Positions 55,600 through 64,000 of a DNA stretch of 64,000 nt are shown here, in pieces. Each line of letters begins with the position of its first letter. Positions within the stretch are counted from its first letter, which is position 1. A program made the translations under genes and the position numbers. The stretch is from Thecamonas trahens ATCC 50062 (Eukaryota > Protista > Apusomonadida). The stretch spans positions 389,308 to 453,307 of the forward strand of contig NW_013657656.1 in assembly GCF_000142905.1 (NCBI RefSeq), given 5' to 3'. The notes beneath the pieces were generated by a model. The model made no database searches. It worked only from the letters and a program-made list of their open reading frames with translations, and was not told where the DNA came from.

Positions 55600-58500
55600 T
55601 CAGAGCGAGCCGACGACGACCGAGACGGCGTAGGCGAGCATGGCGACGATGACGACAATAACAGTGGCGGCGAGGGATTCGATTGTTGATGCGGCGGTGG
55701 CGGCGTCCATCATGGACACCATGCGGAGGACGACGAGGGTGGCGACGAGCGAGGCGGTCTCGAGCTGCATGGCTCGGCTATCGCTCAGCGGGTGCCAACG
55801 GAGGTGGGCTCCAAGGGCGAGCGCCACCACAGCCGCAAGCCCGCCGCCTACAAACACCGAGTCGTGGGGAACGACGGCCGAGATGGTGGCGATGGCCACG
55901 CGGCGGGCAAAAATGACGCCTTCGAACCACCACACCTGCGACCGGAAGGCCTCCCAGAGAAAAGCCAGCGGGTGATGATGGCTGTGGCCACCCGACCGAT
56001 GCTCGCCTGTGCTGTCCAGCAGCGGCAGCGTGTGCTCGGCTTCGTCGTGGCCACCATCGCGCTCGACAGCGATAGCGGTGCGTGCGATGGTGATTGCGAC
56101 GGTGACAAGGGCGGCAATCGCAAGGAGGACGGTGAGAGCCGAGGCGATCAGGGCAATGTGCTCGCGCGAGCCGCAGGCAACCCACGGCACCGAGTCGAGG
56201 TACGACGCGTGGACGCCCGGAGTCGGGTCGGGGACGCAGGAGAAGTAGGCCAGTGATCGCTGGATGAGAGGAAAGACGAAGAGGTAGCCAAGAGTGCCTG
56301 CAGCGAGGTCCGCACGACGGCGATTTCCGGCGTAGTCGGGGACGAGGCGAAGAACAAGGCAGACGACGACAGGGCCGGCGGTGAGGAGGACAAAGACCCA
56401 AAACTGGCCGAGCTGGTGGGCACCGATGCACCCGATGCCGGTAAGGGTGAGGCTCGCCCGCTCGAGCATGTTGCGGGTGGTGGCGAGCGAGGACGAGGCG
56501 CTGTCGGCAGCGGCTGTCGAGCCAAGGACGACCGAGAGGGTCTGAAGGAAGACGACCATGGTCTTGAGTGCTGCTTCTGCCTGCTCTGCCTTGTTTGGCT
56601 TGTCGATGATGGTGTAGAGGGTGAGGGCGATGAGGGCGCAGGCGATGGCCACCACCTCCCAGGCCTCGGCGAGGCCAAAGACCGCCAGCAGGACGCAGAT
56701 ACCGGCCTCGAGTGCTAGCGACGCCACCACGGTCTTGACTTTGCCCGTCTGCGCCTTCAGCCGCACCCACAGTGTGCTGCTATTGGCTAGTGCGATCTGG
56801 ATGGAGCCGTGGCGCGAGCGACGGCTGCTGCCGCGCGGCGTGAGGATGTAGGCGGCGAGGAGGATGACGACGATGACGCCGAGGGCCGCGAGAACGACGA
56901 TGGTACCGGTGGCAGTGAGCTTGCAGCGGATACACTTTCCGAGCCCAGCGCCCGGGGCGAACCAGCCTGGGGCGCATCGGGCGCAGAGGCGGTCCTCAGT
57001 GCCGTCGATACAGGCCCCGTCGCCAATACAGGCCTCAGGCTCGGGGCAGTGGAGAAAGAAGCCCGGGTTCCCAGTGGGAGTGTAACCCTCGCGAGCACGC
57101 GGGCGTGCGATGCCGCCGTGGCACTCGCCGCCGGGTGGGCAGACGACACAGGCAGCGACCGGAACGGCGGGCGACCAGAACTCGGGCTCGCATCCACAGC
57201 CAAGGGAGCCATCGGCGGCGAGCGGCATGAGCTCGGCGTTGGCGGCGCAGAGGCAGACGAGTCCACCTGAAGGCTGGCGGACCGGCGGACGGCCGCCCGG
57301 GCACGAGGCGAGGCGGATGACGATGGGCGTCGATTCGATGTAGCTCTTCGCTTGCGAGACCTTGAGCACGGCGGTGACGACCACGTCAGTGTCGAGAACG
57401 GTGTGATCTGTGGCGGCGAGGGCGAGCGAGGCGAGCGAAGTGACGTTGGCGGTGGTGGAGACGGCCACGTCAGGCGAACCGCCGTAGGTGGTCACGCTAC
57501 TCGGGAGCACGAGCGAGATAAGCAGCGCGTTGTCGGTGATGACATTACCTACGGCGTCGTAGATGGCCAGCGCAAAGCGCGGCGCGAGCGGGATGCCCGA
57601 GACGACGGTGGAGCCGTTGAGGGCAGCTATGCCGGCGGCCCACTCGAGGCGAATCGGCGACGATGCGAGGCTACCGCCCCAGGTGAGCGAGGTGGAGGTA
57701 GCGCCGAGAGCAGCAAGAGTAGAGGGCGGAGCGATGACAAAGTCTGCGAGTGTGATGGTAGCTGACGCATTGTGCGGCGGGCAGGCCATGGCGACCGAGC
57801 CTGCCGACGACGCCGAGTTGCCTGAGCCCGCGACTGGTCCTGTGACGGAGAATGAGGCGCCGCAGGCAAAGACCAGGCTGCCGTAGACAGCACGATTGGC
57901 TATCAAGACGGCGCCGTCGAGGACCAACTCGGTGGCGCGGATGTCGCGGAAGTGCGGGAGGGCGATGGGAAGGAAGTTGCTCTGGTAGCCGACGCCGTCG
58001 AGTACTGTCCGGGAAGCAACACCGAGCACGCCACCGAGAATGGCGAAGTTGCCGACATAGGTGTTGTCGGTGGCGACGAGGCGGGCGCCCGGAACCAAAG
58101 CAAAGACGCCGCCCCAGATGGATGCGGCAGTGGCTTCGACTACCGTGCCCGAGACGGAGATGTTGACGCCGTGGCCATCGGCGGCGATGAAGCCACCAGC
58201 GACCGACGCTAGCGAGTTCTTCACCCGCGATGCAGTGATGGACACCTTCGCGTGGCTACCCACCGCAAAAGTGGCGCCGTTGGGGGCCTGGTTGTTGGAG
58301 AGGTACGAGTTGGAGACAATGACTGACGACGGACTTGTCGCCGAGCTGGAGACGGCGTAAACGACGCCGCCCGAGGCCGAGGCCGAGCAGTAGGATATCG
58401 ACGAGTTGCGGATGACTACGGTCCCGCCGTCGAGCACCAGTGCCATGCCGCCGTAGCCCACTCCGAGCGAGCGGATAGAAGAAGTGAGGGTGCCGCTGTT

Positions 58501-61488
58501 GAAGAAGGCATCGACAGTTGTGTTGTGGAGCTCGAGCCTGGCGTCGATACCGGCGATTCGCAGCGGGGCCGCGCCGTTGATAGCGGCGATGGACGAGGCC
58601 CCGCTGAGCGCGAGCGAGGTCAACGTGAGGTCGATGCCCTGCGCGACGTCAAAAACAACGCCGCCAGCGGAGGAGCAGGCGATGCCTGCAGACGGCGCGT
58701 CGCCAAGGAGAACACCCGAGCGCGAGGGCGCGAGATGTCGCGAGGTTGGACAGCCGGTGAATGAGGAGGTGACGACGGCAGTGGTGACAGCGCAGCGGGA
58801 GAAGCGAGACATGGCGAGGGCGAGGCAGGCAAAGGAGGCCGGCGAGGCACATGCGGCGGTGTTTGGCGGGACGGCGACAAAGGTGTCCGGGAACGGATCG
58901 TCCAGCCAGGGCGACGGCAGGTGGAGAAAGAGGTCAAACGACGGCCCATCTTGAGCGAAGCCGACCAAGAGCAGATCGAGCCATCCGTTGCCGTCAAAGT
59001 CGCTGAGGGCAAGGCTGATGGTGTTGGGGAGGATGAGATGTGTGGCAGCGGAGACGACAAAGGAAGCCGCAAAGGTAGCGTTGGCTCCATGCGACGGCCA
59101 GACGACAACAATGTCTTTGCAGAGGGCGATGATGTCGTTGCCGAGCCAGTTCCGTGGGTCGACGAGGAGCATGTCGACGACGGCGCAGTCAAGGCCGGTG
59201 TGCGCGAGCGAGGGCGGAAGGGTGAGGATGCGCTGCAGCGGAGAGGATCGCGCTTGCGAGGAGAGGAGGACACGGACGCGAAAGTCCCCGCCTGGCGCAA
59301 GTGCTTGCTCCAGAATGGCAATGTCGTCGAGCGGGTCAGAGCCGGGCATGGGCGGGTCGAGCGGACCGGCGGCGAGTCCGATGACGGAGCCTGTGGCTGG
59401 CGCGAGCGAGGATGACGACCAGGTGAGGCCTGGCGTGCCCGGGTTGGAGACGAGGACGATAGCATTAGAGATTGGGTCGGCGACGACGACGTCTGCGGTG
59501 CCAGGGCGGGAGCCTGCAATACGCGCGACGACAATGGCGGAGACAGCGATGGGACTGAGATCGACGCCAAGGTCGACAGGGGTGACGACTAGGCGCGATG
59601 GATCCATGACCGGCGCGGCAACTCGCAGCAGTGCAAGCGAGTAGAGTGGAAAGGTGTGGGCGAGTAAGAGGGTCTCGATGGGAGCATTATAGAAGAGGCG
59701 GCCAGGAATAGCGGTGGCGTCGAGGAGGGTGTCGAGCTGTTTGATGGCGACAGGGGCGGCGAAGACGCCGTGGCCGAGGTTGGCAGCGTACAGAAGAGCA
59801 CCGGGTCTGGTATCGATGGCGCTGATGGCGACGAGGAGGTCGACAACCGCGTCACCGGTAAGATCAACAAGGGCGATGGCGGCGTCGCTGATGGAAGAGA
59901 TGGCATCCTGGACAAGTGAAGGACCTGTAATGCAGCGGAAGGGCGCATCTTGAGACAAGTCATGGAGCGTGTTGATGCAGGTAAAGATGCCAAAGCCAAA
60001 TGTGAGACCGACAAGGTCGGGCTCAGTGTCGGCGTCGACAAGACCGACGACGACGGCTGAAGTGGAGGTGGGGATCTTGGCCGCAGCGAGATCGGATGGG
60101 AGGAGGAGAGGGATGGGTGAGAGGAGCGGCGGCGGAACAACAGCGTGGAGGTGAAGCACGTAGCCAATGTGCTGAGCGACGATACACTGGACGGCGAGGA
60201 GCGACGGGACGGCGGACGTAGTGGTGAGCGAAGCGGGGAGAACGGCAAAGGCCGGCGGCGACATCATCGTCGCATCGGATTGGTGGATGACAACGAGGGA
60301 GGAGAGAGTGCGGATGCGTGGGCGGGTTTCGGGAGCGGAGATGACGTCAAACGTGAAGACAACCGGGGCGGCAGAGTCTGTAAAGACGCCGGCGACAGTG
60401 GCAAAGGCAAAGGTAGTGGTGTACGGACGCGGGGAGCGCCAGGGTGCGAGGGCGATGGGTGCGGAGAACGAGCCAAAGTTGTTGTTGTTGATCGAGGCGA
60501 CGATGACTGGAACGAGCGAGGCGGGCAGGGGGGACATGAGAATGGCAGCGAGGAAGCCCGTCGACGGATCGGAGCTCGCGATGCCGCCGACGACCAGATC
60601 AAGGGCTCCGTCACTATCGAGATCGGCAACAGTGAGCGAGGTGATGGTTGCAGCCGAGAAGGCAGCCGGCCAGGAAATTGGGAGCATCGGCGGAGGATGC
60701 GCCAGTGGAAGAGCAACAATGGTGAGCGTGTTTCCAAGGCCGACGGCGACAGAGGCCGGGCCCATCGCAGCGACGATGGTGCCGGAGAAGAGCGAAGACT
60801 CTGCAGTGTCAGGCAGGACGGTGAAGGAGAGTGAAGGAGGGGCAGGAAGCGGCGAGGCCAAGTGGAGCGCAACCAAGTGGATACCAACGGGGTCGGTGAC
60901 AGAGTGGCGGAAGACCAGATAGAGACCATCGGCGTTGTCAGCGACGACGGCGGCGGCCCAGTGGTAGTACTGCGGATCACACGAGACGAGGACGTCGTTT
61001 GCGGCATGGCTCCCGAGGAGCAGGGTGGGAGGCGTATCAAAAACAAGCGGATCGGGCGAGCCAGGATAGAGCCACAACGAGCCATTGGTTGGTACGGCGG
61101 TGGTAGCCATGGCGATGACGATGTCGAGGTAGTCATCGTCGTCGACGTGGGCGAGGAGAAGCGGGCCGAAGAGCATGTTGGTTGTGTCCGGCGAGGTAAT
61201 GACTATGTGAGATGACGGTGTGGATGATGATGATGACGATGATGACGATGAGAGAGAATGTGCGGTGACGTATGACACGTATGGACAGTATGCGATGGGT
61301 GCATGTGGTGAAGGCACGCAAGTGGAGAGCGCCGTAAAGGTGGCGGTGGGAAGGGCAAGGGAAAGCGGCGTGGCAGGTGTGGTGGTGTTAGCTGGTGAAG
61401 TGGAGCATGGCGGGAGGGGCGTGGAGGTGGCGGATGCGATGGCGTGAGTGAGGGTGAGGATGAGGATGAGGGCGAGGAGAGGGGGCAT
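55600..61488 (-). CDS. Cell-surface receptor-like protein: FG-GAP repeats, beta-helix (Pmp-like) repeats, Cys-rich stalk, ~11-TM module
   Basis: Signal peptide. DDDDYLDI, ADLDSDGALDLVVG, DLTGDAVVDLLV and DFDGNGWLDLLL. GG(V/F)(V/I/F) plus N.A repeats. CIDGTEDRLCARC stalk. TM motifs AFLWEAFR..WWFE and PL....MQLE. Confidence 0.88.
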   Translation of the reverse strand: MPPLLALILILTLTHAIASATSTPLPPCSTSPANTTTPATPLSLALPTATFTALSTCVPSPHAPIAYCPYVSYVTAHSLSSSSSSSSSSTPSSHIVITSPDTTNMLFGPLLLAHVDDDDYLDIVIAMATTAVPTNGSLWLYPGSPDPLVFDTPPTLLLGSHAANDVLVSCDPQYYHWAAAVVADNADGLYLVFRHSVTDPVGIHLVALHLASPLPAPPSLSFTVLPDTAESSLFSGTIVAAMGPASVAVGLGNTLTIVALPLAHPPPMLPISWPAAFSAATITSLTVADLDSDGALDLVVGGIASSDPSTGFLAAILMSPLPASLVPVIVASINNNNFGSFSAPIALAPWRSPRPYTTTFAFATVAGVFTDSAAPVVFTFDVISAPETRPRIRTLSSLVVIHQSDATMMSPPAFAVLPASLTTTSAVPSLLAVQCIVAQHIGYVLHLHAVVPPPLLSPIPLLLPSDLAAAKIPTSTSAVVVGLVDADTEPDLVGLTFGFGIFTCINTLHDLSQDAPFRCITGPSLVQDAISSISDAAIALVDLTGDAVVDLLVAISAIDTRPGALLYAANLGHGVFAAPVAIKQLDTLLDATAIPGRLFYNAPIETLLLAHTFPLYSLALLRVAAPVMDPSRLVVTPVDLGVDLSPIAVSAIVVARIAGSRPGTADVVVADPISNAIVLVSNPGTPGLTWSSSSLAPATGSVIGLAAGPLDPPMPGSDPLDDIAILEQALAPGGDFRVRVLLSSQARSSPLQRILTLPPSLAHTGLDCAVVDMLLVDPRNWLGNDIIALCKDIVVVWPSHGANATFAASFVVSAATHLILPNTISLALSDFDGNGWLDLLLVGFAQDGPSFDLFLHLPSPWLDDPFPDTFVAVPPNTAACASPASFACLALAMSRFSRCAVTTAVVTSSFTGCPTSRHLAPSRSGVLLGDAPSAGIACSSAGGVVFDVAQGIDLTLTSLALSGASSIAAINGAAPLRIAGIDARLELHNTTVDAFFNSGTLTSSIRSLGVGYGGMALVLDGGTVVIRNSSISYCSASASGGVVYAVSSSATSPSSVIVSNSYLSNNQAPNGATFAVGSHAKVSITASRVKNSLASVAGGFIAADGHGVNISVSGTVVEATAASIWGGVFALVPGARLVATDNTYVGNFAILGGVLGVASRTVLDGVGYQSNFLPIALPHFRDIRATELVLDGAVLIANRAVYGSLVFACGASFSVTGPVAGSGNSASSAGSVAMACPPHNASATITLADFVIAPPSTLAALGATSTSLTWGGSLASSPIRLEWAAGIAALNGSTVVSGIPLAPRFALAIYDAVGNVITDNALLISLVLPSSVTTYGGSPDVAVSTTANVTSLASLALAATDHTVLDTDVVVTAVLKVSQAKSYIESTPIVIRLASCPGGRPPVRQPSGGLVCLCAANAELMPLAADGSLGCGCEPEFWSPAVPVAACVVCPPGGECHGGIARPRAREGYTPTGNPGFFLHCPEPEACIGDGACIDGTEDRLCARCAPGWFAPGAGLGKCIRCKLTATGTIVVLAALGVIVVILLAAYILTPRGSSRRSRHGSIQIALANSSTLWVRLKAQTGKVKTVVASLALEAGICVLLAVFGLAEAWEVVAIACALIALTLYTIIDKPNKAEQAEAALKTMVVFLQTLSVVLGSTAAADSASSSLATTRNMLERASLTLTGIGCIGAHQLGQFWVFVLLTAGPVVVCLVLRLVPDYAGNRRRADLAAGTLGYLFVFPLIQRSLAYFSCVPDPTPGVHASYLDSVPWVACGSREHIALIASALTVLLAIAALVTVAITIARTAIAVERDGGHDEAEHTLPLLDSTGEHRSGGHSHHHPLAFLWEAFRSQVWWFEGVIFARRVAIATISAVVPHDSVFVGGGLAAVVALALGAHLRWHPLSDSRAMQLETASLVATLVVLRMVSMMDAATAASTIESLAATVIVVIVAMLAYAVSVVVGSL

Positions 61489-61606
61489 GATGGGAGTGGG
61501 GTGTGGTCTGGCTTGTGCGGGTGGTGGGCGTGGCCGTGGGCAGTGGGGGGGGGGGGGGGGGGGGGAGGGGGGTGGTGGTGGTAAAATTTGTTGGGACGTG
61601 GAGGCT

Positions 61607-61938
61607 ATGGAGACAGTTTATCGCACGGCGCCGTCCAAGATCAAGGACCAAATTGCAAAGAAGAGAAGGAGAAGCTTATCGCGGTGCTGCAGCAGCGGAT
61701 GCGGCGGGTGATGGGCGATGTGGGCCATGACGAGACAGCGCTGGCGGAGATGTCGGCGCGCCATGCGTCGCAGACAGAAGCCATGCGGTCTGTGCTGTTT
61801 GACGACGGTCTGCCGCTGCGGCACATGCGGAGCGTCGATGAGACGCGGCACGTCAGTGTACCGGCCACCGACGATCTCGCGCTGCTGAACGCGTTGATCG
61901 AGTCATCGGCCGTCTTTGCCACACCAGGTGCTGGATAG
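61607..61938 (+). CDS. Small hypothetical protein; one -1 frameshift at 61657-61659
   Basis: METVYRTAPSKIKDQIA joins KEEKEKLIAVLQQRM... with one extra A. Codon bias is coding-like. It may be the 5' part of a longer disrupted gene. Confidence 0.4.
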
Positions 61939-62170
61939 ACGGCTGGCGGCCGGCACGAGAGTGGGCGCGACGCGCTCGACGTCTGGGTCGACTCTAACAT
62001 GGGCGCAGCTGGCGTACTGGACACTGTTGACCACAGCGGTCACGAGTTGCGGCGAAGCAGGCGGTGGTGGCGGTCGAGTCGGCACCGTTCGTCGCGGAGA
62101 AAGTCGCGAAGCAGTGGAGGGAGTCGGACGCGGCGGCGGCGGCGATCGCGGGATTGACGCACATGCGGCG

Positions 62171-63142
62171 ATGAAAGGGTCGGGCGGCAATAATGGTGGC
62201 TTGGGGTGGATCGGCCTCGACTGCAAGGTTGGGACAGCAGATCTGGAGGCGAGCACCTTCCGCGTGGCCATGCCTGGAGGCAGCACTCTGTTGCGAGCGA
62301 GGGTGCGGTCGGCATGTGCAACGCCTTCCACGGCCATCGCGTCGAACAAGAGCGACACACCGTTCAAGCGGCTGGCATTTATCGGTGACACGGTGCTCAC
62401 CCTTATGGGTCGGATGCAGCTGTTCTCACTCGAGGACAGCGCCATGGATGTGGGTCCGATGGCGAGCGCCATGCAGGACATGGAGTCACGGGAAGCGTGT
62501 CAACAGTATCTCAAGGCCACTGGCATGGATGAAGTTGTGCTTTCGGACTCTTACGATATACAAGCCGAGGCCATCTTGTGTGCCATCTACCTGCTGTATG
62601 GCCTCGACGACACCGAGCGCATCTGGCGTATGTTCGTGTCGGCAGTGGCCTCGGTAGACGATGCGGCGCCGAGCGGCTCAAGCACTTCAGCGCCGAGATG
62701 TGGCAAGCAGGAGAGGCAGCAGACCGTGTCGACTCGTGCGATGGAATCCGTGGCGGCCTGGCAGGGAGCCGAGCTCGGAGTTCCAGACTCTGATGTCAGC
62801 CGGCACCATCGGAGAGGTGATCAACTGCTGCACCCAGCCTTACCCCCCCGACTCGATCGACCGCTCCCGTTCTTGACAGCCCCAACTGCGACCCCCCTCC
62901 GACCCGATCTACAGCCGACCAAGTCGCACGGGGCGGTTGGGCTCGGTGCAGTGGCTACGCGCTTGCGAGTCAGCGCGGTGACCAAATCGAGGCGATCTGG
63001 GCCGAGCAGCTGCCGCCAAGGCGAGCCTCGACGAGGACGTAGCGATCGGCAGACGCGGACGAGGGCGGGCGCGAGCGCCGCGGGCGCAGCTGATGAGGTT
63101 GTCGCGGGCGATGTGGCGGCTGATGACGACTTTGGTGAGTGA
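62171..63142 (+). CDS. Divergent RNase III-domain protein (boundaries uncertain, possibly disrupted)
   Basis: KRLAFIGDTVL at 62366 matches the RNase III signature ERLEFLGD(A/S)VL. DIQAEAILCAIYLLYGLD matches D.FEA..GAIYLD.G. Confidence 0.65.
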   Translation: MKGSGGNNGGLGWIGLDCKVGTADLEASTFRVAMPGGSTLLRARVRSACATPSTAIASNKSDTPFKRLAFIGDTVLTLMGRMQLFSLEDSAMDVGPMASAMQDMESREACQQYLKATGMDEVVLSDSYDIQAEAILCAIYLLYGLDDTERIWRMFVSAVASVDDAAPSGSSTSAPRCGKQERQQTVSTRAMESVAAWQGAELGVPDSDVSRHHRRGDQLLHPALPPRLDRPLPFLTAPTATPLRPDLQPTKSHGAVGLGAVATRLRVSAVTKSRRSGPSSCRQGEPRRGRSDRQTRTRAGASAAGAADEVVAGDVAADDDFGE

Positions 63143-64000
63143 AGCTGATGGCGACAACGTCAGAGTTGGTCTTCTGCGAGGCACGGCGGACGGATGGACA
63201 CGATTGTCGGCAAGGGGGAGAGCGACGATGCTGGCGTGATCGTGCGGTACCGACACTCCTGCTGCGATGCCGTCGCAGCTCGGTGACTGCGCCTGCCTTT
63301 TTGATTGTTAGTATTGTTAGAGCCTTCATCCAACGGTTAGCGGTAGAGAGTGGTGTGAAAGGGTGGTGCTGTCTGCGTCATGAAACATGGGATCGGGCTG
63401 ATGGCCATGGTCCTCCGTGCGGCTGTGTCTGTGGGGGCTTGTGTTCAGAGTAGCTAGGGCGAGGGAGGGTGAGGGAGCGGTCAGCCAGTCGTATGGAAGT
63501 TGAGATGGCGATGGAATGCAGGCATCAGCTTTGTTGAGTCCACAGTGGGGGTTCATGGCAGCCAGGTCGCCGACGAGGGATCTGCGGTCGTCCGACTTGG
63601 GGGAGGTGAGGCCCATGGGATCGGGGTCGTTTGTGGTTGGCATTTTGGCGTCGGCCTTGGGGGCGTCGGATGGGTGGCTGAGAAGGCGATGGGAGGCCGA
63701 CGCGAGGGTGAGGTGGTAGATCGGGCTGGAGAGGATGTCCAGCATACGTGTGTGTGAGTGGGCTGTGTGCTCGTTTGCTGGGAGCTGGCGCGGCATGCGC
63801 GGCTTGGGTGTGGCGATGGGAGAGGGGATGGCTGGGGTCGGACTGAGGCATGGATGTGGTCAGAGCGTGCGCGATCTGGCGACGACGAGTCTATGGAGGG
63901 GTGATGGCATGTGCTCGCTGTCGTCGAGCAACCGGATGTCCCATTCGTCTGGGCGGAGCGGGGCAGGGCGTTGTTGCTTCCGCTGTTAGCTTGATGGCGA

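Noticed and set aside
741-61659. Euplotes-style programmed frameshifting or micro-introns as the cause of frame breaks
   Set aside because: There is no shared shift motif or stop at the junctions and no GT-AG pairs. A single-base homopolymer deletion explains each break.
63143-64000. ORFs at the right end (e.g. 63326-63796 -)
   Set aside because: No motifs and weak coding bias.

Overview
This is gene-dense, GC-rich, almost intron-free eukaryotic nuclear DNA from a flagellated protist. It encodes IQUB, RapGAP-CNH, USP9/24/34-type, UBE2Q, SLX9 and TmcB/C-type genes. The style fits an apusomonad such as Thecamonas, but that is inference only. About 22 protein-coding loci are supported, with only one clear spliceosomal intron. 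No rRNA, tRNA, CRISPR array or recognisable transposon was seen. At least 10 reading-frame breaks in 8 genes are all -1 shifts, each repaired by one extra base, mostly at short homopolymers. These are most likely assembly errors, so gene models are given as joined. The most unusual items are: (1) a 2122-aa protein fusing a GlnD/DUF294-type nucleotidyltransferase, a HipA/PI4K-like kinase, LRRs and a WD40 propeller (49028-55396); (2) an apparently circularly permuted bacterial beta-sandwich module inside a giant deubiquitinase; (3) two ~11-TM receptors that share a membrane module but have different ectodomains; (4) a CaaX-tailed FHA-PARP; (5) a Piezo-blade-like protein that stops without a pore; (6) a tandem pair of divergent homeodomain-like genes; and (7) a stand-alone RNase III-like ORF. 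All family assignments come from motif recognition by eye; no database search was run.
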